Assembly (NCBI GenBank): GCA_001662655.1
Contig: KV460253.1
Length of the DNA stretch: 64,000 nucleotides
Direction: 5' to 3' (one strand)
Origin: Pseudogymnoascus verrucosus
Taxonomy: Eukaryota
The translations under genes were made by a program, and so were the position numbers. Every line of letters starts with the position of its first letter. Positions within the stretch are counted from its first letter, which is position 1. The notes under the pieces were generated by a model that searched no databases, was not told the origin of the DNA, and saw only the letters and a list, made by a program, of their open reading frames with translations. Shown in pieces: positions 36,331 through 49,683 of the stretch.

Positions 36331-37820
36331 TCTGAAGATTTGGGGCGGATTTGAATAGCTGGTGGGGAAAGCAGCGATCAGAGGACGGGAAAGGCATTGT
36401 GAGATATAAAGGTCCTACAGATACCCCTAGCCATTCTTCGGTCAGAAGATGTTGCGAGTTTCTGAATGCTGTGTCTTTTAGTTGCATTTGATCGCATTGT
36501 GCTGTGTCTTGTGCAGTAGCAAGCTGGAGTGGTTGTTTAATCCATGCTAAAAACAAACTAACTTCATCCCTAGAAGCCGCTGGAAGTCTCATACTCCCTT
36601 CCTATAACTCTTCCTTAGATTAATAACTAGGTTCTTCTCAGGTATTGCATGTCACATTTGTTTGCCTAAAATATGCCCTGCAAACTTTCACCACCCCATC
36701 CCTATAATCCCTTACCTCGCTACCAAGCCTTTGGTTTTTTGTTGGATGTCCCGATATGTTAACGCGCATAGCCACATTTTCCTTCCATCTGGAAACTGCT
36801 TTCCATTCAACACTGCAAGGTAAGTAGTACCCACTGTTATATCGGCCCGTAAATGCTACCCTTGACCCATAAAGGTAACTGGTAGCACATACACAAACCT
36901 CCGCTTGTCGTTTTCCAGATATCATGTTGCGGTGAGGATTACAAATTTACAGTGTAAAAAAGATACCATTGATGCAAGGAGAGACCCCTTGCTTTGTTCG
37001 TCATAAGTGATACCCAGGTGATAGCGTATAACGGACCAATCAATGGCCAGTTGCTAACACCGTCTGTTGACCGTCAGCAATTAGTAACAGCTTTTGATGC
37101 AGGCTGGCATAAAGTAAGGTGCAGCTCATGATAAACAATATTTGGAAGACGCTTTCATTCAATAATGCCGCTACGGAGCCCATCGGCAAGGAAATTGCAT
37201 ACTTCGCTCAGAATTTCGGCGCTCAAGAAGTCATCAATAGCGATACGCCAGAGCCGTGGTGAATCTCTGACGGTTAGCATGAGACAAAAGCTCGTGGTAA
37301 CGAAGCATGCGGTGTAACAGCCGCTGGTGCTACCATCCTTTTCCCTAGCGGGGATTGAACAGGCCTCAGACGCTCATATTTGCCTGTGTGTAGGACGGCT
37401 ATGGTGCCGAATGTGCCGGGACATCCCACCAGCATTTGCAAGTCATGATAGGGGTTGTTGCCGACCGCGTCAGTAATATTACAGCACATGAGCCTGACAT
37501 TGACCGCTCCCTCTCTGCAAGAAACATGCCGAATCCTCAGAAAGCCTTTCATCACAAAGGGCGAAAGGATGAACACGGGATGTTCGGAAACAGCGGCAGA
37601 ACATCCACATGGTTACCCGCAGATATACCCTCAGAAAGCTATTTGAACTATAAAGCACCCCGATTGGTTATATAAGTTAGTCAAGATTAAATAAGCTATT
37701 CTCGTTGAGGAGACTGTGGAGTTGCTACGTGGCAGTGACCCCTTTTCGTAAACTAGTGTGCCCTGAGTCATGAGCTCTTCGCCATTATCACCTCACGAAC
37801 TATAATCGTCTCGACAACAT

Positions 37821-37876
37821 TTGCACCAACTCCGCTGCATCGGCTCAGCCGTTGCACCAACTCCGCTGCATCGGCT
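37821..37876. repeat. 25-bp direct repeat with palindromic junction
   Basis: ttgcaccaactccgctgcatcggct at 37821-37845 and 37852-37876; the junction reads cggct-c-agccg. Confidence 0.9.
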
Positions 37877-39028
37877 GAGAGTTGTTGACTATGAGTCGAA
37901 GAAGCTATATTGTTTCTTGTAGTTTAGCTGTCCTTTAAGAAGATCCGTCGATTATCTGTAGCAAAGTCATAATTGCTCCTAGAGCTCGTTTGCATTTGAT
38001 ACTAGCGCAATATGATATTCGCAAGGTGCCTCAATAGTTGCCACTATCTCTCCTATTGTATTTAATATACGGATCCCTTCTGGCGCAGAATTGATGTTGT
38101 GAAGCCCTCTCATCATAGCTAATTAGAACATATATTCATGGATTTTGCAACCCTCTGGATTCTGTCAGTTGCTGCGACATTCGCCATTAATCTAGCAACA
38201 TTATTCTTCAAACCTGCACTCTTAACAATGACATGCCCAGAGGTGTAGGGCTTGGTAGGGCTGACGTCTTTCTGTCGTCGGTATGAGTCAAAGGACTTAT
38301 ATCGTGTTTTCGTAAAAGGAGTCGATGATGACGAGAGTATTTGCAGTGAAGGTGTTACGTGAATCTCTGGCAGGGACAGTGTTTTCATCAGACTACATGT
38401 CAGGGGGTGCAATGATTCAATTAACAAGTGGCAATTTCTATGAAGTGACCGTAGAAGGTGGCCCGAGGGCGATGGGCTGAAGTAGAACGTTCCCGAACGA
38501 AATAGAATGGCGGCCTCAAGAGATCACAATGAAGTGACAGGATAATGGAAATTTAAGGTTTGAGCTAGAGCTAGCATATTCTGGTGGCAGGGGCGATCTG
38601 TTGATAGCTCCTGCCAACGAGGCACTGTGTCACCAGTGCCTGCTGTGGCAGGTTTAGGCAGCAGTTGTCTTATGAGCCTTTGAGCTAGATTGGTAGCTTA
38701 TGTGTCAGTCATCAGAGAGGGCTCAACCAAAAGCGTATGAGAACTCTATGGCGAAGTGTCAAGAACTTGAGGCGCTAAGCAACGAGTCCCCATAGCGGGC
38801 TTCTGATAAGTAAATTATAACATATATCACCGGGTGGGAGAGCAAATTGTGTTGTATCAATGCAGACTCGAGCTGGTGACTGGTCTCACAACTTCCACCA
38901 AAACCATAAAACTGTCTTAACATCGTAAATATGAACTTTTCACATTATTTACAACAGACCCTAAACTCTACATATACAAACTTCCCACATCTACCCCACA
39001 CTGCCGCCATTGCTATCTAAAACAATCT

Positions 39029-39799
39029 CTACACCTGCACCCTCCTCGCCGCATCCTCTATCCACAGCTTCCCATAAACTCCATGCAGCCATTTGATCCA
39101 CGACGACATCGGCTCTGCCGCCGCCACCCCCTTCCCCTGGAAAAATACACTCGTCAAGCTCAACTCTACCTCCCCTTTTTCCTTTTCAACACGCGCCGCA
39201 ACCTTGAACAGTCCATCCCCTCCCCGTACACCCTGCTCCCTCGGCGACCCGCCACAACGCACCGTCACTTGCGTGGGCGACCGGTCCACGACCTCGAAGT
39301 GGTCAGTAATGATTGTGCCTTTTGCGAAATCAGAGGAGTTGATGGCGGCGCGAGTCCAGAGATCCGTCTCGGTGGAGGGGTTGCGGTATTTGCGTTCGAG
39401 GTAACGGCGCTGGAATTCGTATGCTAGGTGGAGTTAGTCACATCTGTCTAATTCTTGCCATCGGCGCCTTTGCTTCTGTGCTAGGTCACGGGATGGATAA
39501 GATCAGGTGGGGAGCATACCGAGACCCCCGAACACGCCGGCCGTGACAGCCTCTACGAGGGCGCCCTCCTTTTCGAGGAGCTCAGGACGGATACTTGATA
39601 GCGGTAGGCGGCGGATGACAATATCTTGCGTCACGGGGTTGTTATTAGGGTTCTGAGCCAGGTAGGCCGAGGAGCTGTAAATAGGGTCTGTTGCTGGCAC
39701 TGGGACAATGATGCTTTTGCGGGTGGTAAAGAAGGCAAGGCCTGTCACGCCCGTGGTGCCGAGGACGGCGGTATAGAGGGCTTTACGAATGATAGGCAT
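39029..39799 (-). CDS. Hypothetical fungal protein. Exons 39799-39520, 39423-39029
   Basis: A GTATGC..CTAAC..TAG intron gives VFGGL|AYEFQRRYLERKYR...TDHFEVV...VRCGGSP...WLHGVYGKLW. The basic/hydroxylated N-terminus may be a mitochondrial targeting signal. Confidence 0.8.
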
Positions 39800-40383
39800 G
39801 GTGGGCGAGGGGATTGTATGAGGTTGTGGATGGCAAGTTAGATTGCCGATATGAGGTGTGGGGTTTTATATAAATACTCACGTGACCACGCGTTATCAGA
39901 TAAGCTGATATGTGTAGCCACAGCATCTTAACTCCTCCATCCTTCCATTGAAAAATGCAATACAGGAAATTGGTTAAAATCATTAATATTTATAGGTATA
40001 TATGTTCTCCATCTCGTATGTAAACCACGACACAACACCCCCAATTCGCCTACCAACCTCAAAAAAAGAATGTGCCTCAAAAAATATTTCCAAGCGTCGT
40101 AGCAAGGCCAAACTTGAAGATCCGAGATCCAAATTAAACAATAGGAGATGAGATATTTTTTGTTTCCACATCCATAAAGTGGCCAAGATAAGTGCGCCAG
40201 TCTCTGCTGGACGCTCAAGGGTATATTGCATCGCACCACTCCTCCTCCTCTGCCGCATAGGCGCCTTACGCACGAACCCTCAGGTGCATCCACGCACCCG
40301 ATCCTCCTACTAACCCCTCCGCACACGCGATCCTAACTCCCCATCACTCACACCAGTATTTCAACACTCTATTACTGGGGCGC

Positions 40384-41301
40384 TTAGGGCGCCTCCTGAA
40401 TATTACCTGCCGCTGCGGGGCTCCCGGTCTGGTGCGGGTGCTGGACGGGGGACTGCTGGTATGGTGCTGGGCTCACACTCTGCTGGTATGGTGCTGGGCT
40501 CCCAGTCTGCTGCGGGTACTGGACAGGGGCCTGCTGATATGGGCCTGGGCTGACAGTCTGCTGGGGGTATCCCGTTGGCTGCTCCTGGAACTGCTGCTGC
40601 TGCGGGGGGTACTCAGCGCCGGGGGTGGCGTAGGGAGCGGCGTACTGCGGCTGCTGGGCGTACTGCTCAACCGGCTGGTAAGAAGTGGGTGTTGGGCCAC
40701 CGACGGGACCCAACTTGTGCTCCTCGATTGCGGCGGGGGCGGCGGCGGCGCTAGTATCGCGGTTTTGGCGGATAGCTACGAGGGCTGGAGGGTGTTAGAT
40801 GGGTGTTCCTTGCTATATTAGGGTTGGGGGCGGTGACATACTGGTGTAGACGAGAGTAGCGACAAAGGAGACCCAGATAAACGCCGTGAGCGCGGCGAGG
40901 GCCTTCGTGACGTCCCCGACGGTCGTCCAACTGTCGGATGCCCCACTGCTATATCTATAGTAGTAGCCGCCGCTATAGCTACTATATGACTCGACGGCTC
41001 CAAAAGCGGCGGCGAGCGCGGCAATTGTACCAAAAGTGGAGAGCCAGAAGATTGCTAGGAAGGCCTGCGAACCGAGGGAAATGTAGATGTTGTAGATGGT
41101 CGGGATGTAGAAAGTGTAGGCTACGATGTAGCCGATGTACGCGAAGGTCGCGATTGAGGTGAAGATGTTGAGGCCGTAGCCGCTGTAGGAGCCGACGACG
41201 GAGAGAGCATACGCCGAGAGGGCGAGAGTGACGAGGGCGAAGAACAGCTGGAAGCCAAGAACAATTTTGAGCCACAATGGATGGGGGGGTTCGGTCGCCA
41301 T
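40384..41301 (-). CDS. MARVEL-like 4-TM membrane protein with Gln/Pro/Tyr-rich repeat tail. Exons 41301-40842, 40784-40384
   Basis: Four hydrophobic helices with a FLAIFWLSTF motif. The in-frame spliced tail has (SP)APYQQ repeats. Confidence 0.85.
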
Positions 41302-43717
41302 TTTTTGGTTCTTTGGTTTGGAAGGGGCTTGGAAGTGAGAATGAACAAATTAAAGAGGACCAAGGCGAAACAGAGAACGAAGAGAAAGGCGTTAGGCGTG
41401 CGACAGTTGGTCGATTTGAGGGATACTGAAGAAGAAGGCGGGAGGGATGCGACCAAGCTTATGTATGGATTGATATGTGGCAGAGAGGGCGTGGACCGAC
41501 GATCAGGGCGGTCTCTGTCTGTCACGTCTGGGTTTCTGTGACTGTCTGGCGAGCCAAGCAAAGGTGGGCGATGCTGGTGGCTAGTGGGGACCAGAAGCAC
41601 AGCTCATGGGTGGATGTGGATACTTTTGAGAAATGATGAACGTCTTCTTTGGGGAAAGATGAAGAGAAAGGGGGTGAGTTTGAGGGAAATGGGCAAGGGT
41701 CCAAGCTACCCTTGGGCGAAATTGAGTGATGGGAGTGGTGTTAGTGGTGCTTTTTATGGTCAAAGTACCATAATTTGGATGCGCGACAGGGGTGACAAGG
41801 GTGCCGTGGCTTAGTGTAAAGTGAGAAGGCTGAGCATTGACGGGATGCCGCCAAAGCTTTAATGGTACATACTGCACGGTTCATTCGTTACGATGTCGTT
41901 GTGTACAGTTCTGGGATACAGCACCAGAAGTGTTTGCTCTTTCCTGCTTCCTGTGTAGAAGACGCCACTCGCGAGGAGGCTATTGATTATTGCTAGGAAG
42001 AGTAAGCTTGAGTAGGAGGTCTGCTGCAATACAACGCAGCGTGATCATGAGGTGAGCCACAGCTGAAAAGGATGGCCATCCCGTCTCAAGGCTCTTCACC
42101 CCCTCGCCCACATTCCTAGCACCCTATCCGACCCTTATGCGACCTAGGCGGCAGATGAGGCAGCGATGCCGGAGTGAAATGAGAGGAGACTCGCACGCCA
42201 GTGCCGGGTATTGAAAAGCGACGCACTTTGGTCGAAATGAGTACTATTTGGACGCGCTGTCTCAGCCCTGTTGCGACAAGATAGTCCCTGGCATACGGGA
42301 CGATATTCACTAGGATATGGGCCTAAGCTGACATTCTGCCTACCTGAGCTGTCAGTTCTGAACCCTCAAGTGGACACCGACCGTAGTTCAGTGGGTACAA
42401 AATACTGCCCTCCTCGTCACAGGTCGCTTGCTCTCACCTCATTCGGGCAAGGCTGGCAGAGTGCCGAGTCCTGCCAGTAACTCAGAACTCTAATTCGCTC
42501 TGGGCCCCACCGCGAGTTGTGGCTAGGATACCACCCGAACACACCCATCAAATCTCCCCTTCAGCTCAGCCGCACGCATCCAGGAAATCGAGCGATTGTT
42601 GGAGTACGACGCAGTGGGGTTCCTGTATGGAGCACAATGCTTACTTGAAGCCATGTACCCCCACTGTCGCCACTGATTCGCCCGCGAACCGTCAACAATG
42701 CAGCCAAGTGTGGCGTGCGAGACTGGTTCGTGTCGACATTGCTCTTCATAAAGAAAGAGGGGTGGAGAGTCTTGTTTGGCTGTCCATGCGGAAGGAACGA
42801 ATGGCACAGGAAGGTCTTCATATGAGGTTCAGTCTTAGTTCTCACTGCTCACTGCTAACGGCTGTCGTACTTCTCACTGTTCACCGTTAACCGCTATGTG
42901 CTGTACTCCACGTGTGGACAGCACAAGAAGTTACCCTAAATCACTTCCACCCTCCTTTTCCTCCCAGCCGCGAAAATCGATAAAAAAAGATTCCGAAGAA
43001 CGCCTTACCGCCCTCATCCCCCTGCGCAACCTTCCCTGCGCAACCCACCCGCTCCACTCGCCTACCAGCTAGCGCCGCGCATCGCTTTTAAGCCTGCGCG
43101 GGATTGTCAGACACGGTCTAATGGGCCCCGTCTTACCTGTCGGAGCTGGCGACGTGCTGATTGGACAGTGTGTTTCGTGAGGTTGCGAAGACGAGATGTG
43201 AGGCTGTAAATTTATGGGTAGCCGACAATACCCTCTCTAGTATGCGATGTGCATTATCTGAACCGGCTATGGCGGCGCTGTATTTAGGATGGTTAGCGCA
43301 TCCTTGACACGTGCGTTATGGATGGCACTTGCACCTGACTAAAAGTTAGAAACAGGTGGTCGCCGTGGCCCTGGCTCCGCCACTCTGGGCCTAAATATCG
43401 TAGAGGTAAACTGACATCCCCAGTTTCTCTCCCCACTTGAGCGCAGTCATTGATAATCGTATCACCACCAAGAGGGCCTAACAGTAGAAGGGGGGAAACT
43501 AGAACCCAGCACAACGAAAAACGCGGGGGTTATTAGAAACATAGTATACATAAACTAGAATTCGTCTTTACTTTGCCACATACAATCCTGGTTAATATAT
43601 TCTTAAGAAAGTATCGTGTATTATTTTATGTAATATTTTTGAGCTGTGTGGCGTTTATTCGATCAAAATAATTTTATGCCTGTGCATGCAAGATTGTCCT
43701 ATCGATATCTAGTTAAA

Positions 43718-46700
43718 TTAAGAACGGTTGTCTACACCAGCTAAGCCCTTCTGCTCAGCGAGCAATTTCCGCATCTCCTCACGAATGATACTAGGTAATA
43801 TGTCTTGAACGGATGCAACGACTCGCTTTTCCACTTCCTCTAAGTTTTTCTGCATGCTCTCTTCGAGTGTCTGGAAGCATCCACGCATCTCCTTTTGCAT
43901 CTTCGTCAACAGCTCACTATGCATTTGACCGAGTAGTACGACTTCTGCAGATGGCTCCTGAAGGCGTACTATCTTCATGAGGTCCTCGACTCTCTCATTC
44001 TGCTGTTGAATCCTCTCGACCATTGTCTTGATGTCAGATCTGATGCGTGAGATCGCTATCGTACGCATTGGGTTGGTTTTCGTCCATCCGGTTTCCGCTA
44101 CTATCCCGAAAGCCAGCGCGTAACACGCTACCAACTCATGTCTCGCTGCTGCAACATCATCAGAGGTGCTATGCTCTATTGCCTTCTGATCTATTGCCCG
44201 TATGGCAATAGTGTGGCTGAGCATGCCTAGAATTTCCATCTCGGGTATATCAATAGTCCTGCAATTGGACAGCATTGCCCAGAACAAAGCCCTGTAGACA
44301 TAGTGTTTGCTTTCCATCCCTTCTTGGCCTTGTCTGCGGGCATGTTCTTGTAGTTTTTGGCTCCTAATGACTTGTGCATTATTAAACCATGAAGGTTCAT
44401 CATCGATTTTGGCTGCTTTAGCGATATTAGTAGTAGATGGCGAAGAAAACATTTTTAGGATGCCAGCTAGCATCCGCTGGGTATCGGAGCCTACTGGCTG
44501 TTCCGTAGAAAGTAAGGATTTCGAAATATAGGCTTGTTCGAATTTAGCTCGAGTTCGTGGTGACCTAGATACGAATAGGTCAAAGGCTTCATGCCATATA
44601 GAGTCTCTTTTTGCATCCCACGCGATACCTTTATTAGCAAGCATTTGCACGATAAAAGAATGCCCTCCAGTGGTAGCGGCCTGTATAGCATTACCAAGTA
44701 AGCCGCCTACCGCATCTGGTTTAGAGCCCTTTGCAAGTAAGATGGCCACAATTTCATCATGTCCGGCCGCCGCCGCAGCCTGCAATGCCGTTCCGAAGCG
44801 AATGCTTTGAAGATTAACATCGGCCCCCGAAGCAACTAGCAACTCGACAATCCTTGTAAATCCTCGGAAACTTGCTAGTTGAAGTGCTGGGCCAAGTAGA
44901 GCATGTTCTGCATCTGGGCTTGCGCCTGCTGTAAGAAGCGTTTGCACGAGCTGCGCATCGCCGTTTTCTACAGCTGTATAAAGTGCCGTCGGCTGATCAC
45001 CTATAGTATTATTCACATCTTCTCCGGCCGCTATGAGTCCTTGTACTATCTCAGTGCATCCCTGCTGTGAAGCTAACTGAAGAGCGGTATGCGTCAGACC
45101 ACCCGAGCAATTGATATATGAGCGGTTTTTAATAAGATGCCTCGAGACGTCTTCGAATCTTAAAAAAATAGCCACATACAACGGCGAGGGACAGCTCTCC
45201 TGCGAGAGCCCAAAGTCTTGCTTTTTTCCGTCTAGATTCCAGACTCGTATCCAATTAAGGAAGGCGGGGTTCATTGGTTCCGCGAACAGTGTTAACATCT
45301 TGTCCTTAAGCACTCCGTCCTCGGTAGGGCTATTTCTGTACCCCTTGAAATGCTCATGCCAGTGCTGCGCCACATATGGTAAGAATGGGTTCTCCATAAA
45401 GATCGAGGGCTCGATTTTCGGTTGCTTCATTGCTAGTAGATAGTCAACCATTAGACCCATAAACGTAGCATTAACGGCCTCCTCAGATACAAAGAATCGC
45501 GAGACTCGGTTGTCCCTAGACTGTTGTAGAGCATGGGAATATAAAAATCTCTTAACAGAGGGATGATCAAATGTTATAATCCCTGTCTCCGTGCTTAACG
45601 ATTTCTGCATTTCCTGTTGCTGTAGGTCTGTTTCGTTCTCATATGACGGCTTCTGCTTCTCTATTCGAATCATGCTGCTTGGGCAAATGTTAAGCAGCTC
45701 TTCTGGGCTAAATAAATTGACCCCAGGAGCTGCTGCGAGCTCAAACGTCGTTAGTTGCCGTGCTGCTACCGAGATCCAGTAGAAGATGTAGGAAAGCCTA
45801 AGCGAATCCTTTGGTGCGACCCTCTGTAGCTTTCGTAGATATGCATCCTCAATATCGCGCGGAATGCTTTTTAGGGCGACATCTATCTCGTCATCGTCGA
45901 AACACTTCCGCAGGTCATCAAGTTGCAACGATATTATCCGAAATCTCCTATTAAACAGTTAGTAAAACTACCAAAACGTGAGATTAACATCTCATACCCG
46001 TCATCTTTAAGCGCCCTGTGTATTTTGTCTGTGGTTTCAGGGCTCCAGTGCTTAGTCTCCGCGTATTTTCCAATTGTTGCATCTAAGTAGGCGTCAACAT
46101 CCACAGAGACTGACTTCTCAATGTCTATTTCGATAGGCGGCGTCTGGTGGCCCTTAAATGCATTCTTGATATCAGTATCAGGGATCGAAGTAACTAGAAG
46201 ATGTAACCTCTGTATCTGTGCATCACCTAACCTGCCTAGAAAGTCAAGAAATTCCCCGCGGAGAGTGTCGTTACCCGCCTGATACTCATCAATAGCATCT
46301 ATTATGAGAAACACGTCCTCCTGGAGAGCAGTGACAGTCTTCTCTAGAGTCTCAATGAGAGCCACAGTACTAGGCGAGGAATCTAGAAGCTCATGATTAT
46401 TTGCAAGATTGCGCACAGCTTCTGGGAATGGTGTAGCCTTTGCCGAGATCCTACGGAGGATGAGACGTAATAGTCGTTGGAAGTTTTGTGTTGGTGGATC
46501 AGCATTGTCGAAGTACCAGTATGCGACTATCATGTTGCTGTTCTTCTCAGCAGATTCTACCAGGCTCTTAACAACGGTAGAGCATAGGCTAGATTTTCCA
46601 CAGCCTGAAGCACCATGTAGCCACAAGAACGAATGGGATTCTTTAAGCCAATCCGTATACCTGCTCAATTCGAGTAGCCACTTTCCAGAGTTCTTATTAG

Positions 46701-47741
46701 CTTTGTCAACCTGACTTCGCAGTTGCTGCTGTCTGTCTGTAAGCGTAAGCTTGGTGTCGCTCAACCACTTAAGGGTACTGAGTCTCTCAGCTTTTAGTAG
46801 TTTCTCAATAGTGATGTCGATCTTATTCAGAGCTTCAGAGGCCTTGCCATCGAGATCCTGGAACTCCTGCTTGCGATATTGATGGGCTACAAATTGAGAG
46901 TGGTCGGTTACGATCTTGTCTTTTCCTTCTAAATCGACCTCTAGAACTTTAACATTCTGGTTATCTAACGTCCAAAAGCTGTCCAACACGCGGACTATAT
47001 ACGTTAGATTCTCTAGAATGTTAAAGATAAAGCCTAGGAAATATTACCAGCGACAGATCGACTGAGCTCCTTTTGCACACACGCAGCATATTTAAGGATG
47101 GCAACATATACTTGCTCGATCTGATCTTCGAAAGCGTTCTGTTCCTGGGTCGGCTTATCTCGATAATGCTTCTCGATAATGGCGTACTTCGGCAAGAACC
47201 TTGCCATCATAGCAGCAGAATTAAACACTGCTTCGACTCCCTCCTTGTCATTCTGAACCAGCGTCAACACGCCAGACACCACACCCCAGACAATCGTCCC
47301 GTAGCCGGTAGGGTCGAACTTGAGCCCTGCGTCCACGATGTCTTTAAACTGCAGTGCTGAGCACATGATCTCTTTTGCTTTGACTCGTATGTTGGTCGCC
47401 TTTGTCGTGTCGTCGTTCCTCATGTGCCAGCCCCGCTGGCAGTATTCCTCGTACTTGACCTCCACACGCTCCATAACATTCTCTACCGCCGCTCGCTGTG
47501 ATATAGAGTCACTAGGCTTCTCATCTCCGCCAGCGGGCCGTAAAAGCTTGCGGTCCTCTAGGGACAAGGTGGCAAAGGCTTCGCTCCAGAGATCTTTAGG
47601 CACGTTCGTCTGTGGCGGACTGTTGCCTTGAGGTGGAACGGCTTGAGTTGCTATAGGGGAGCGAGAGCTAGCTCTGGCATGTCCCCTACCAGCCAGGGCC
47701 TTAGCATCTTTGTCTTTCTTGCTCTTAAAGAATGAAGACAT
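43718..47741 (-). CDS. NLR-like NACHT NTPase with ankyrin repeats, about 1306 aa. Exons 47741-47048, 46994-45998, 45947-43718
   Basis: N-terminal helical domain (DLWSEAF...DPTGYGTIVWGVV), Walker A WLHGASGCGKS, Walker B FLIIDAIDE, G|RFRIISLQLDDL, HPSVKRFL, YVAQHWHEH, then about 5-6 ankyrin repeats (TALQLAS, TALYTAV, PALQLAS, TALQAAA, NAIQAAT). Confidence 0.93.
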
Positions 47742-48096
47742 ATCTCTAGTGTTGCTTCTAAGAGAGGCACTTCACAGATCACAGACGGCGTAACTACGTG
47801 GTGTAGTAAGCCCAACCGTATTTAGATCGTAAGCTGAGTGAGGACAATTGAATAATGTGTAGTACTGCACAGGTCTATGCACACCGTAGGGTAGCAGGCA
47901 CAGCGCTTCCTAATGCCTAGCCATTGGTTGATCCAGGTAGCTGCATTAGCGGGGCCCGGGCCGGGATGGGAACTAGAAGGCCCAATAAGCTAGCCAACCT
48001 CGTAATTAACCAAATATCTACACTCCAAACACCATTTATCTGCCGCCATTCGGTGGTTGTCATCTCGCCCAAAGCACCTCCAAGTTATGGGAACTA

Positions 48097-49049
48097 ATGG
48101 CGGGGTCTCGGCCGCAGAATAACACCGCTCCTCCTAAGCGCGTGGTGTTGGCATCACAGCGGCTACCGACATGGCTCCGATGCGCCATTTGGGCCAGCCA
48201 GTATGTTTACCCAGGAGGAAATCGTATGGGTGGCTTTGGAAACGTCGTCCGTCTCCCCTTTGGAAAGGTCCTCAAACTCAATACCAACAGAAACGAGATA
48301 AGTGCTATGGAGTATGTCCGTAGCCACACTTCAGTACTCTCCCGAGAGTATTCACAGTGTATGAGCTGCTGGATGGTGCGATACATATTCTTATGGAATT
48401 TGTGCCTGGCGATGGCCCTTTTTATACAGATATGACCCCAGAGCAGATCAAAGAATTTGGTCAAGAACGCTGGGTCGCTGGGTATCTGCGGCAGCTACGA
48501 AATCTGGAACCTCCCGAAGAAGGCTTTATTGGATCCGTATCGCTTGGTTCTTCGATGGACGACAGACTGGGCCACAACCGCTTCGGCCCATTCCACAAAG
48601 TGGCAGACTTCCACGATTATTTACGCTTCGGAGGACCTCTTGAAACTTGGAACTATGATCCGGTGGTCAAAAAAATCCATGGCAGATCAGAATCTTACAA
48701 AGTCAAGTTCACCCACGCTAACCTCAACACAAGAAGCATCCAATGCCACAATGGCAGGATACAGGCCATCATTGATTGGGAATTCGCAGGCTGATACCCT
48801 CAGTATTGGGAGTATACCAAGATGTACTTCGCCGAGTTCTCCTTTTATCAAACATTTTTTGCCGCTGTCGTGGGCGAGCCGGGCATTGAAAAGTATCCCA
48901 AGGAACTTCGGGCGGAGCGCGATATCTGGAGGGTTGTGAATCCCTGGCAATACGACGACTTTTACGGCAAACCATTGATCCATGGGGGGCGTCTACAGGG
49001 TGGTGGAAGCTTGTGTAATGATGAGGGTACTTGGGCGGGGGGAAACTGA
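48097..49049 (+). pseudogene. Aminoglycoside-phosphotransferase (APH)/kinase-like pseudogene
   Basis: Three ORF pieces form one APH-like protein (EISAMEYVRSHT..PRVF, FTHANL, IIDWEFAG*YPQYWEY). There is a frameshift near 48336-48342, a TGA at 48792-48794 where Trp is expected, and HAN in place of catalytic HxD. Confidence 0.88.
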
Positions 49050-49683
49050 AAACAAGCATGAATCACAAGTGTTCCACGGTCTCTAGCAATTAGCAGTCAC
49101 AATATGTAATACCACTTTTATTCTTCATTAATAACACGTCTGTTTGATATTCCTCCTCGCCCCATAGTGACAACTCTAGCTCAGCTGAGATTAACTATGT
49201 CCGCAATGCTCCTCCTAGAACTTGATTCAACTTTATAAGAAGCTTATTTATTAGCCAAGCAGCTGTCTAGACTGTAGAGTAAAACACTGGGTTGCCTAAC
49301 CTAGCAGGCTCTCTAACACAGCTTAAGATAAAAGAAGTGCTCGTGTACACTTTCTGCGTCAACGCCTCTAGTTCACTTCTGTCACCGCCGTTATCCAGAT
49401 TTCAATCCTTACATCCTTGGCTAGGTTTGTATCAAGGAAAATTCTTCCTAGAGCTTCTGTAGCCAAAACAGTTACTAGATCCTAGATACGGCTGTGGAAC
49501 GGTGAAACGGAGTTGGGCAACTATAGACAGTAGATCACTATAAACACGCGAACGATCTGTAGAAGACGATTGATACTTGAGATATCTACCACAGAGAGCT
49601 CGAGGCAGCAACTATCGCTGGTCTACCGGTGTGTGCACGCGTTGCAGTGGTACGAGTTGATTATCCCCCCACACCACAACAGA

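Noticed and set aside
37100..38430. Scattered 60-100 aa ORFs
   Set aside because: No consistent frame, motif or splice pattern.
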